A stretch of 64,000 nt of DNA from Alphaproteobacteria bacterium. GTDB lineage: Bacteria; Pseudomonadota; Alphaproteobacteria; UBA7985; JAUIBT01. This document shows, one piece after another, positions 18,538-27,582 of the stretch (positions within the stretch are counted from its first letter, which is position 1; each line of letters begins with the position of its first letter). A program made the translations under genes and the position numbers. The notes under the pieces are model-generated. The model was not told the origin of the DNA. It did no database searches and saw only the letters and a program-made list of their open reading frames with translations. The DNA lies in the NCBI GenBank assembly GCA_030428565.1, contig JAUIDR010000002.1, positions 72,658 through 136,657 on the forward strand, read 5' to 3'.

Positions 18538-21500
18538 ATGAAGTTTGAACGCCGTTTCGCTGCCCCGAACGAGACGAAAGGAGGCCAGGAAGCCTACGAC
18601 GCCTTTAGTTTAGCTTCCAAGACCTCAGAAATCCGCAATCCGAACGGCGAAATCATCTTTCAGGCCAAGGCTATTAAGGTGCCCGAAGCCTGGAGCCAGG
18701 TAGCCGTCGATGTGCTGGCGCAAAAATATTTCCGCAAAGCGGGCGTTCCGGCTGCGCTGAAGCGCGTCGAAGAAGAAGGCGTTCCGTCTTGGCTGTGGCG
18801 CTCAGTGCCCGACGAAGCGGCTCTGGCCCGCATGCCCGAAGACAAGCGCTATGGCGGCGAGACCCAGGCGACCCAAGTGTTTGACCGCTTGGCGGGCGCT
18901 TGGACCTATTGGGGCTGGAAAGGTGGCTACTTCGACAGCGAAGAAGACGCCCACGTCTTTTACGATGAAATGCGCGTGATGCTCTGCGGCCAGCGCGGTG
19001 CGCCCAACTCGCCCCAGTGGTTCAACACCGGCCTGCATTGGGCCTATGGCATCGACGGTCCCGGCCAAGGTCACTTCTATGTCGATTACAAGACCGGCGA
19101 GCTGACCCGCTCGACCTCTGCCTACGAACACCCGCAGCCCCACGCCTGCTTCATTCAGTCCGTCGGTGACGATTTGGTCAACGAAGGCGGCATCATGGAT
19201 CTGTGGGTTCGTGAAGCACGTTTGTTTAAGTACGGCTCTGGCACCGGCTCTAACTTCTCGTCTCTGCGCGGCCAGGGCGAGCCCCTGTCAGGCGGCGGCA
19301 AATCTTCGGGCTTGATGAGCTTCTTGAAGATTGGCGACCGGGCTGCGGGCGCGATCAAGTCCGGCGGCACCACACGTCGTGCGGCCAAGATGGTCACGCT
19401 GGATATCGACCACCCGGATATCGAAGACTACATCAACTGGAAGGTCATCGAAGAGCAAAAGGTCGCCGCCCTGGTCACCGGCTCCAAAATCCTGTCCAAG
19501 CACCTCAACGCCATTATGGCCATTTGCGCCAGCGTTGACGGCTCCGATGTGGACCGCTTCAACCCCAAGAACAATCCCGAGCTGAAGAAGGCCATCAAGG
19601 CCGCGCGCAAGGACCAAGTGCCCGACAACGCCATCCAGCGCGTCATTGCTTTTGCAAAACAGGGTTTCAAGAAGATCGAGTTCACCACCTATGACACCGA
19701 TTGGGACAGCGATGCCTACCTGACGGTCTCGGGCCAGAACTCCAACAACTCAGTGCGCGTGACTGAAGACTTCCTGCGCGCGGTTGAAGACGACAGCGAC
19801 TGGGATTTGATCCGCCGCACCGACGGCAAAACCGCCCGTACCATCAGGGCGCGCGACCTTTGGAGCCAAATCTCTGAAGCCGCTTGGACCTGCGCCGATC
19901 CTGGCATGCAGTACCACACCACCATTAACGATTGGCACACCTGCCCGCAGGGTGGCGAAATCCGCGCTTCTAACCCCTGTTCGGAATACATGTTCTTGGA
20001 CGATACGGCCTGTAACCTGGCCTCCTTGAACCTGATGACCTTCCGCAACAAGGACGGCTCTTTTGATATCGACGGCTTTGGCCACGCGTGCCGCCTCTGG
20101 ACCTTGGTGCTGGAAATCTCTGTCACCATGGCGCAGTTCCCGTCGGAAGAAATCGCACGTCTGTCCTACGAATACCGCACCACCGGTCTGGGCTACGCCA
20201 ACCTGGGCGGTCTGTTGATGGCGCTGGGCGTCTCTTACGACAGCGACAAGGGCCGCGCGATCGCGGCTGCCATTACCGCCCTGATGACCGGCACCGCCTA
20301 CGCCACCTCGGCCGAAATGGCGGGTGAGCTGGGTGCTTTTGCGCGCTATGATGAAAACGCCAAGGATATGCTGCGCGTTATGCGTAACCACCGCCGCGCC
20401 GCCCACGGCAGCAGCAAGGGTTACGAAAACCTCAACGTTCTGCCGGTTCCCCTGGAACACAAGCAGATCGACATGGCGGGCTTGGGCGCTGCGGCCAAAA
20501 AAGCTTGGGATCGCGTGATTGAGCTGGGCCAAAAGAACGGCTTCCGCAACGCTCAGACCACCGTGATTGCCCCCACCGGCACCATCGGCTTGGTCATGGA
20601 TTGCGATACCACCGGCATTGAGCCCGATTTCGCGCTGGTCAAATTCAAGAAGCTGGCCGGCGGTGGCTACTTCAAGATCATCAACCGCACCGTCCCGCTG
20701 GCGCTGTCAAACCTGGGCTACAGCGATCAGCAGATCAAAGAGATCGAAGGTTACGCGGTCGGCCACGGCAGCTTGGAAGACTGCAATGCCTTGTCGATTG
20801 AAGCGCTGAAGGCCAAAGGCTTTACCGATGCTGTGCTGGCCAAAGTGGCAGGCGCGCTGAAGTCAGCCTTTGACATTAAGTTCGTGTTCAACGTCTTTAC
20901 TCTGGGTGAGGACTTCTGCCGCGATGTGCTGGGCCTGACCGCCGAGCAGATGGGCGATGTCAACTTTGACCTGCTGGCTCACCTGGGCTTTGCACGCGAT
21001 GAAATCGAAGCAGCCAACACCCACGTTTGCGGCGCGATGAGCCTGGAAGGGGCTCCGCACTTGAAGGACGAGCATCTGCCGATTTTCGATTGTGCGAACA
21101 AGTGCGGCAAGCACGGCACCCGTTTCTTGTCCACCGAAGCCCACATTCGCATGATGGCTGCCGCTCAGCCCTTTATCTCGGGTGCGATCTCTAAGACCAT
21201 CAACATGCCCAACGAGGCCAGCGTCGAAGACTGCGCCGATGCCTACATGTTGTCTTGGAAGCTTGGGATTAAGGCCAACGCTCTCTACCGCGACGGCTCG
21301 AAGCTCAGCCAGCCGCTGCAATCAGCGCTGATCGACGAAGAGGTCGAGGACGCCGATGATGTGACGGAAGAACTCGCGGCGGCCGCACCGGCTCAGCAGG
21401 CCATGCAAGTGACCGAGCGCATCGTTGAGCGCATCATTGAAAAGCACGTCACCGAACGTCGTAAGCTGCCCGACCGCCGCAAGGGCTACACCCAGAAGGC

Positions 21501-22278
21501 CGCAGTTGGTGGCCACAAGGTCTACCTGCACACCGGCGAATACGAAGACGGCAGCTTGGGTGAGATCTTCATCGACATGCACAAAGAGGGCGCGGCCTTC
21601 CGCTCGTTGATGAACAACTTTGCGATTGCGATTTCGCAAGGTCTGCAACACGGCGTGCCTCTGGAGAAGTATGTAGAGGCCTTCACCTTTACCCGCTTCG
21701 AGCCGCAAGGCATGGTCGAGGGCAACCAGACCATCAAGATGGCGACATCGGTTCTGGACTACATCTTCCGCGAACTGGCGGTCTCCTACCTGGGTCGCAA
21801 CGATCTGGCACACGTGCAGCCCAACGATCTTGAGGTCAGCACGCTGGGCATGGGCGACAACCAATCAGAGCTGGACCCCGGCAATGATCCTAGGGGCGGC
21901 TCTGGCATCAGCTCTGAGCTGCGTAAGGTGGCCTCGTCTGGTTTCATGCGCAACCGCATCAACGTGATTGAAGGCGGCAAAGCCAGCGGCATGACCATGG
22001 AGGTGCGTCGCACCGGTACCGATAAGGAAGCCGTGACCCAGGCCACGCCCATCACCCAGGACGACGTGCTCGACGACTCCAACATCGTCGATATCCAGAC
22101 CTCAGAGCCGGTCTCTAGCTCGGCAGCGGCCGCCAAATCCAACATGCAGCTCATGATGGAAGCGCGCCAAAAGGGCTATGAGGGCGATTCTTGCCCCGAG
22201 TGCGCGAACTTCACCTTGGTGCGCAACGGCACCTGCCTGAAGTGTGACACCTGCGGCGCGACCACCGGCTGTAGCTGA
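18538..22278 (+). CDS. nrdJ: class II (adenosylcobalamin-dependent) ribonucleoside-diphosphate reductase NrdJ, long monomeric form
   Basis: 1246 aa; N-terminal ATP-cone-less class II signature; C-terminal Cys-rich tail [22 protein letters not shown] typical of the large NrdJ forms. Confidence 0.9.
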   Translation: MKFERRFAAPNETKGGQEAYDAFSLASKTSEIRNPNGEIIFQAKAIKVPEAWSQVAVDVLAQKYFRKAGVPAALKRVEEEGVPSWLWRSVPDEAALARMPEDKRYGGETQATQVFDRLAGAWTYWGWKGGYFDSEEDAHVFYDEMRVMLCGQRGAPNSPQWFNTGLHWAYGIDGPGQGHFYVDYKTGELTRSTSAYEHPQPHACFIQSVGDDLVNEGGIMDLWVREARLFKYGSGTGSNFSSLRGQGEPLSGGGKSSGLMSFLKIGDRAAGAIKSGGTTRRAAKMVTLDIDHPDIEDYINWKVIEEQKVAALVTGSKILSKHLNAIMAICASVDGSDVDRFNPKNNPELKKAIKAARKDQVPDNAIQRVIAFAKQGFKKIEFTTYDTDWDSDAYLTVSGQNSNNSVRVTEDFLRAVEDDSDWDLIRRTDGKTARTIRARDLWSQISEAAWTCADPGMQYHTTINDWHTCPQGGEIRASNPCSEYMFLDDTACNLASLNLMTFRNKDGSFDIDGFGHACRLWTLVLEISVTMAQFPSEEIARLSYEYRTTGLGYANLGGLLMALGVSYDSDKGRAIAAAITALMTGTAYATSAEMAGELGAFARYDENAKDMLRVMRNHRRAAHGSSKGYENLNVLPVPLEHKQIDMAGLGAAAKKAWDRVIELGQKNGFRNAQTTVIAPTGTIGLVMDCDTTGIEPDFALVKFKKLAGGGYFKIINRTVPLALSNLGYSDQQIKEIEGYAVGHGSLEDCNALSIEALKAKGFTDAVLAKVAGALKSAFDIKFVFNVFTLGEDFCRDVLGLTAEQMGDVNFDLLAHLGFARDEIEAANTHVCGAMSLEGAPHLKDEHLPIFDCANKCGKHGTRFLSTEAHIRMMAAAQPFISGAISKTINMPNEASVEDCADAYMLSWKLGIKANALYRDGSKLSQPLQSALIDEEVEDADDVTEELAAAAPAQQAMQVTERIVERIIEKHVTERRKLPDRRKGYTQKAAVGGHKVYLHTGEYEDGSLGEIFIDMHKEGAAFRSLMNNFAIAISQGLQHGVPLEKYVEAFTFTRFEPQGMVEGNQTIKMATSVLDYIFRELAVSYLGRNDLAHVQPNDLEVSTLGMGDNQSELDPGNDPRGGSGISSELRKVASSGFMRNRINVIEGGKASGMTMEVRRTGTDKEAVTQATPITQDDVLDDSNIVDIQTSEPVSSSAAAAKSNMQLMMEARQKGYEGDSCPECANFTLVRNGTCLKCDTCGATTGCS

Positions 22279-22350
22279 TCCGGCGCAAGCAAGCCGCGAA
22301 TGAGCGGCGATGCTCATGGTTAGAGGCCTGCGGTAAGAAACAAGCCGACA

Positions 22351-22385
22351 AGGGTGCCTTCATTTTGAGGGCACCCTTTTCTTGT
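22351..22385 (+). terminator. Rho-independent terminator of nrdJ
   Basis: agggtgccttcattttgagggcaccct (8-bp GC stem) followed by tttctt. Confidence 0.6.
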
Positions 22386-22460
22386 CTGCAAGGCAGCGCG
22401 AATTAAGCAACGCAGATCTTGGCAGCGCGGACTAAGGCAGGCAGGTCAAGGCTTCCCTTG

Positions 22461-22889
22461 TTAGGCCTCTGCGTCTGCCGCCAGCCAAGGGGCTAGGTCT
22501 GCGCGCAGGTCAGCGTCAATCGTCACCGCCCGGCGAGTCTCCAACGACAGCAACACCGTGGTAAAACGTGCATCAAAGGCCAAAGCATCATCGCGATCAC
22601 GGTAGAGGCGGTGATGAAAGGTCAGAGACTTCCCGCCAATCCGAGCGATTTCTGTCGTCACATAAAAGCCGTCACCCGCGTGCAACTCGGCGCGAAAATC
22701 GCTCTCCATATGCACGACGGCGAAAGAGGCTTTGCGGCCGTTCTTAAAATCCTCTTCGTTCATGCCGATGTCACGCTGCAAGGCAAAGACCGCATCCGAA
22801 CAGGCCGCGATATAGCGCGACACGTTCATATGCCCCAGCACATCGCAATCGTCATTTTGCACCACGCCGCTCAGCACTTTACGCGCCAT
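22461..22889 (-). CDS. hotdog-fold acyl-CoA thioesterase (4HBT/YbgC-like)
   Basis: 142 aa; N-terminal VLGHMNVSRY motif and a size typical of 4HBT-family thioesterases. Confidence 0.6.
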   Translation of the reverse strand: MARKVLSGVVQNDDCDVLGHMNVSRYIAACSDAVFALQRDIGMNEEDFKNGRKASFAVVHMESDFRAELHAGDGFYVTTEIARIGGKSLTFHHRLYRDRDDALAFDARFTTVLLSLETRRAVTIDADLRADLAPWLAADAEA

Positions 22890-23036
22890 AACTGATCCTT
22901 TCGTCTTCTCGCAGCCGCTATCTTGACGCGCTCGTGAGCCAGGTCAACACCCGACGGGGCTACTAGAAACAAACATTGCCGCCGGCGGCTAGCTGTGCTG
23001 ATCTGGGGCCTTCCGTTGCTGCTCTGGAGCGCCGAC

Positions 23037-24326
23037 ATGTCCCACGTTCTCGCCCCCGCCCAACGCCTGAACCGCATCAGCCAAGACGCCATGTGCACGG
23101 CTTGCGGGCTCTGCCAGTCTTTCTTCGGGGCCGAGCGCGTCGCCATGGCCATCACGTCGAGCGGTGATCTGCGCCCGGTCATCAAGCCTGGGGCCAAACT
23201 CACCCACAGCGAGATTGATCGGCTGGAACAGTTATGCCCCGGCACCCGCCTTGAGGCTTTGCCCGAAGATTTTCGCAGCGCGCAGGCCGCCGATGATCTG
23301 ATCTGGGGCGGTTATGAGGCCATGCAGCTGGCCTGGGCAGCCAATCCCAACGTCCGCCACCAGGGATCGACTGGGGGCGTCTTGAGCGCTTTAGCACTCT
23401 ACTTGCTGGCGTCCGGTGAGGTGGATTTCATCTTGCACGCCAAGGCCAGCGAGCAAGAACCCAGCTTTGGGGAGCGCCACATTTCGCGTACCCCTGGACA
23501 GGTTATGGCGGGCGCTGGCTCACGCTATGCGCCGACCGCGATTTTGGTGGATGTGCTGGCCCAGCTTGATAAAGATCGCCCCTTTGCTGTCGTGGGCAAG
23601 CCCTGCGATCTGTCGGTCATCAATAACCTGGCGCGCGAGGATGAACGGGTCGATCGTCTTGTGAAAGCCAGGCTGAGCCCGGTCTGCGGGGGTTACATGC
23701 CACCAGAAGGCCAAGCGCGATTTCTTCAACATGATCTGGGGCTTGATCCCAAGCAGATCACTGCGGTGCGCTATCGCGGATTTGGCTGCCCGGGACCGAC
23801 CCGCATCGAGCTAGCCGATGGCCGCGTCATCGAAAAAACCTACAGCGATTTTTGGGGGCAAGATGAAAGCCAGTGGGCCTTGCCATTCCGCTGCAAGGTC
23901 TGCGCGGATGGTATCGGCGAAGCCTGTGACATTGCGGCGGCGGATACCTGGCCGGGCGGCTCGCCAGATCCCAAGCTGCCCGAAGATCAAGACCCCGGCA
24001 CCAACGCGCTCATCATTCGAAGCCAGCGCGGTATGAGCTTGGTACAGCGCGCCGAGGCTGCGGGTTATTTGGCCCTGGGCGCGGCGGTAGACCCGGACTT
24101 TATGGACAGCGTACAACCGCACCAGCGCAACAAAAAGCTGGCCGTCGCTGCGCGCTATCGCGGGCTGAAAAGCGAAGGCAAGACCAGCCCGCAGACCAAG
24201 GGCCTACGGCTTGAACCGCTAGATCGCGCGCTTAGCAGTGAGGAGAGCCAGCGCCAAGAAGACGGCACCCGCCAACGCGTCGCCCTAGGCAAGGCCAGCG
24301 AGGCCACGCCACAAGCAGCGAGCTGA
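23037..24326 (+). CDS. FrhB/FdhB-like (coenzyme F420 hydrogenase/dehydrogenase beta-subunit family) Fe-S flavoprotein, function unknown
   Basis: N-terminal Cys cluster CTACGLCQ, conserved FrhB-family N and C domains (GSTGGVLSAL...), low-complexity C-terminal tail. Confidence 0.5.
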   Translation: MSHVLAPAQRLNRISQDAMCTACGLCQSFFGAERVAMAITSSGDLRPVIKPGAKLTHSEIDRLEQLCPGTRLEALPEDFRSAQAADDLIWGGYEAMQLAWAANPNVRHQGSTGGVLSALALYLLASGEVDFILHAKASEQEPSFGERHISRTPGQVMAGAGSRYAPTAILVDVLAQLDKDRPFAVVGKPCDLSVINNLAREDERVDRLVKARLSPVCGGYMPPEGQARFLQHDLGLDPKQITAVRYRGFGCPGPTRIELADGRVIEKTYSDFWGQDESQWALPFRCKVCADGIGEACDIAAADTWPGGSPDPKLPEDQDPGTNALIIRSQRGMSLVQRAEAAGYLALGAAVDPDFMDSVQPHQRNKKLAVAARYRGLKSEGKTSPQTKGLRLEPLDRALSSEESQRQEDGTRQRVALGKASEATPQAAS

Positions 24327-24361
24327 TTCGACCTGCCGCCCGACACGTGAGTGATTGGGCG

Positions 24362-24450
24362 TGCTAGCTCATGGCACGTGCTAGCTCATGGCACGTACTA
24401 GCTCATGGCACGTACTAGCTCATGGCACGTACTAGCTCATGGCACGTACT
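24362..24450. repeat. 5 x 17-bp tandem repeat (gctagctcatggcacgt)
   Basis: Five near-perfect copies with a gctagc palindromic core, between the FrhB-like gene and the gabD 3' end. Confidence 0.7.
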
Positions 24451-24504
24451 GGCACGGGGGAGCGGCGCTCCGGCGTTTACCGCTCGGCCCGCCTCGCTAT
24501 CGTC

Positions 24505-25935
24505 CTACCAAAGCGTTGAGATATACTGGGTCTCCATGAATTCCAGCATGCCTTCGTGACCGCCCTCGCGGCCCAAGCCCGACTGCTTGACGCCACCAAA
24601 GGGCGCCGCCGGGTCAGAGACAAGGCCGCGGTTCAGACCGACCATGCCCGATTCCAGGCGCTCGGCCACGCTTAGGCCGCGCTTCAGGTCGCCGGTGAAG
24701 AGGTAAGAGACCAGGCCATACTCGGTGGCATTGGCGCGCTCAATGACTTCGTCTTCGCTCTTAAAGGTTTGTAGAGCGGCGACCGGACCAAAGATCTCGT
24801 CATGAACGCAGTTGGCATTCTGAGGCACGTTGGCCAGAACCGTCGGCGGGTAGAAGAAACCAGGACCGTTGGGGCGCTGACCGCCCAAGCGCAGCTCGGC
24901 GCCCTTGGTAACGGCATCGTCAACAAATTCGGCAACTTTATCGCGGGTGTCCGCATTGACCAGCGGGCCGATATCAACGCCCTCTTCCAGGCCGTTGCCC
25001 ATCTTAAGAGCGGCCATGCGTTCGACATACTTCGCGGTGAAGGCCTCAGCGATATCCTCATGCAAGAACACGCGGTTGGCCGCGGTGCAGGCCTCGCCGA
25101 TGTTGCGCATCTTGGCCATCATCAAGCCGTCAGCCGCCGCGTCCAGATCGGCGTCTTCGAAGACGATAAAGGGCGCGTTGCCCCCCAGCTCCATCGCGGG
25201 CTTCAGTACTTTTTCTGCTGCGCTTTTCAACAAAATACGACCAACGCCGGTCGAGCCGGTGAACGACACAACGCGCGCGCGGTCGTCGTTCATTAGCGTC
25301 GAAACCATAGCGCCAGATTGGGTCGAGGGCAGCACGCTGACCACACCGGCTGGTACGCCCGCTTCTTCCAAGATTGGCATCAGCGCCAACATGGTCAGCG
25401 GGGTCTCTGAGGCAGGCTTGATGACCACCGGGCAACCGGCTGCCAGCGCCGGGGCGATCTTGCGTGTCCCCATGGCCGCCGGGTAGTTCCAAGGCGTTAC
25501 CAGGATCGAAACGCCGGCAGGTTTGTGGTGCACCAGCGTGCGCGCGCCAGTGGCGGGCGCCATACCCATATGGCCGGGGACACGAACCGCCTCTTCTGAG
25601 AACCAGCGGAAAAATTCGGCGGCATAGGTGGCTTCGCCCATGGCATCGCCGCGCGCCTTGCCGTTTTCCAAGGTGATGAGGCGGGCGATGTCTTCCAGTT
25701 GGCTAGACATGATTTCGAAAGCCTTGCGCAAGATTTCGGCGCGCGCGCGCGGGGTCTTAGCCGCCCAAGGCCCAAACGCAGCCGCTGCGGCGTCCATCGC
25801 GTCTTTAGCATCGTCCAAGGTGGCGGAGGCGACGTTGGTAATCACGGTCTCGTCGGCGGGGTTCAGCACATCAAAGCGCTCACCGCTGCTGCCCGGTCGC
25901 CACTGGCCATTGATATAGAGATCGTTCTTGTACAT
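24505..25935 (-). CDS. gabD: NAD(P)-dependent succinate-semialdehyde dehydrogenase (aldehyde dehydrogenase superfamily)
   Basis: ALDH catalytic Cys/Glu contexts, length about 477 aa, N-terminal YINGQWR typical of SSADH; start at MYKNDLY. Confidence 0.75.
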   Translation of the reverse strand: MYKNDLYINGQWRPGSSGERFDVLNPADETVITNVASATLDDAKDAMDAAAAAFGPWAAKTPRARAEILRKAFEIMSSQLEDIARLITLENGKARGDAMGEATYAAEFFRWFSEEAVRVPGHMGMAPATGARTLVHHKPAGVSILVTPWNYPAAMGTRKIAPALAAGCPVVIKPASETPLTMLALMPILEEAGVPAGVVSVLPSTQSGAMVSTLMNDDRARVVSFTGSTGVGRILLKSAAEKVLKPAMELGGNAPFIVFEDADLDAAADGLMMAKMRNIGEACTAANRVFLHEDIAEAFTAKYVERMAALKMGNGLEEGVDIGPLVNADTRDKVAEFVDDAVTKGAELRLGGQRPNGPGFFYPPTVLANVPQNANCVHDEIFGPVAALQTFKSEDEVIERANATEYGLVSYLFTGDLKRGLSVAERLESGMVGLNRGLVSDPAAPFGGVKQSGLGREGGHEGMLEFMETQYISTLW

Positions 25936-26391
25936 GCCTTTACCTTTCCCAATGTCTTGGCGGTCCAACGCCGCCACAGCTCTGCGTCAAGACAGAGTCA
26001 AATTTCAATGCGCCATCCGGCTTACTCCTCTGAGCGCAAAGGTCAAGAGCGGGTGCAGCAATTTTTTGTGCATCTGCTAACAATCATGAAAACATATGGC
26101 ATTTGAACCGCTTGGCTCAAGTAATTAACACGTAAACTACATCGAACCGCGCCTGTTGGCGACTCGTAACAGCGGCCCGATGAACGGTTTCATAGGGATC
26201 GCTTCGGCGGCGCTTCGGGTGTCAAATGCGCGCCTGAACCACCGCCCCTTTCGGCTTTCAAACCAAGCGGCACAAACGCCGATGTTGCCAATCTAGATTT
26301 CGCTCCAGGTCCAAAGAATGCCCCTGGGGGTTCCACTGCTCGGCCAATCGCAGGGCCAACCTGCCCCCAACCTCGAAGCCAGGACACTCCC

Positions 26392-26801
26392 ATGACACGC
26401 CTTAAAATCATTACGAAAGCACTATTGATCGCAGCCAGTCTTGTACTGGTCTTCAGCCAAGCCAGCATTGCAAAGCCGCGCGCGCCCTCGGTAGCGATTT
26501 GATTGATCTGGAGCTGTGCCGCAGTTACGCCGATCCTGAAAAGAACCCACTAGACGTCGATGTCATCGACAAGCAGGGGCAGCTATGTTGCTCCAAAGAG
26601 CTGAACTACTGCATTGATTGTTCGCGTAAAACCGGCCAGTGCAAAATTTTGCGCTATCGGATTTGGCCCGGTCGTGGCGGCTGGCGCCCGCAGGCACCCG
26701 GCCAAGGCCCCGCGGCCCCCATCAGTACCCCGCCTTCGGGCTTCAAGCGCCCTGGCACAAGCCTGATTTTGACCTTCCCGCAGGTCAACACCGGCAACTA
26801 A
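26392..26801 (+). pseudogene. possible frameshifted or fragmented gene for a small secreted Cys-rich protein (signal peptide in one frame, 6-Cys domain in the -1 frame)
   Basis: ATG at 26392 encodes MTRLKIITKALLIAASLVLVFSQASIAKPRAPSVAI and then stops at 26500. The overlapping frame-0 ORF (26499-26801) encodes LELCRSY...QLCCSKELNYCIDCSRKTGQCK. The local region is markedly AT-richer than the rest of the window. Confidence 0.3.
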
Positions 26802-26826
26802 CCGGCAACAAAGGCAGTGCTCCCAA

Positions 26827-26868
26827 TAAAAAGAGCCCCTCAGCGTCTGGCTGTGGGGCTCTTTTTGG
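26827..26868. terminator. bidirectional Rho-independent terminator (serves soxG on minus; possibly the small ORF on plus)
   Basis: aaaaagagcccc...ggggctcttttt: GC stem flanked by an A-run and a T-run. Confidence 0.55.
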
Positions 26869-26914
26869 GTTTTGCAATATCGAGGCCGCAATAAAAGCGC
26901 GCCCCCGCGAGGCC

Positions 26915-27493
26915 TTAGGCGTACTCGCGGCTGGCATCTTGCAGCCAAGCCCAGAGATAGCCGCCAAACGAGCGGCGGGTCATAAGGCGAAAGCGCGGGC
27001 TGTCATCCAACAAGCGGATCACAACCTGGGTTTTGGCCGCCAATGTACGCGCGCCTTGGCCGACTGCAAAGCGCTCCTCGGACAGATCGATCTGCACCGC
27101 TTTGCTCAGCATATGGCGGGCCTGGGGGCCAGCCACATCCAAGACAGCGAATTGATCGCTGACATTGACCAAACTGTGGTGCGGTGCGTCATCTGCCAGG
27201 CTCACTTCAGCTTGGCGATCCTGGTTAATGAGCATCCACTCGTCGGGGCCCAAACAAAGCGCAGTCCAGGCGCTCGCTTGGCTGCTCTGACCGACATCCT
27301 GCGGCAGGCTCAGACCGTCGAAAGCGGCCGCAACCGCGCTCTGCAGTGCGTCATTGCTAGCGTCTGCGCGCAGCGACCAGCTGCCCTGATCGGTCACAGG
27401 CTCCAAGCTCACATCACCGACTTCTGCGCCGCCAAATGAAAGGGCTTCCATCTCGGCCAGAGCGACCGAGCGACGATAATCAACATTAGACAT
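26915..27493 (-). CDS. soxG: sarcosine oxidase gamma subunit
   Basis: 192 aa; last gene of the soxBDAG arrangement; SoxG-like sequence (…SLRADASNDALQSAVAAAFD…). Confidence 0.8.
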   Translation of the reverse strand: MSNVDYRRSVALAEMEALSFGGAEVGDVSLEPVTDQGSWSLRADASNDALQSAVAAAFDGLSLPQDVGQSSQASAWTALCLGPDEWMLINQDRQAEVSLADDAPHHSLVNVSDQFAVLDVAGPQARHMLSKAVQIDLSEERFAVGQGARTLAAKTQVVIRLLDDSPRFRLMTRRSFGGYLWAWLQDASREYA

Positions 27494-27582
27494 TCTCTTG
27501 TCCTTTCCTAACGCCTGCCTCGCCTCGGCACTGGGGCCGGAGGCAATGGCAGGTCAGCATGCTTTGTGAGGCCGCGCCTCGA

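Noticed and set aside
19750-20532. 260-aa minus-strand ORF and other internal ORFs within nrdJ
   Set aside because: All are embedded in or antisense to the continuous 1246-aa NrdJ frame. High-GC shadow ORFs.
24362-24450. CRISPR array (also considered for the other tandem arrays at 35087-35192 and 37297-37360)
   Set aside because: The repeats are directly abutting with no unique spacers. Units are 13-27 bp, shorter than CRISPR repeat+spacer periodicity. No cas genes in the window.
26639-27439. 266-aa plus-strand ORF
   Set aside because: It lies entirely antisense to soxG and the soxG 3' flank. Its translation is low-complexity Ala/Arg/Gly-rich, typical of spurious antisense frames in high-GC DNA.
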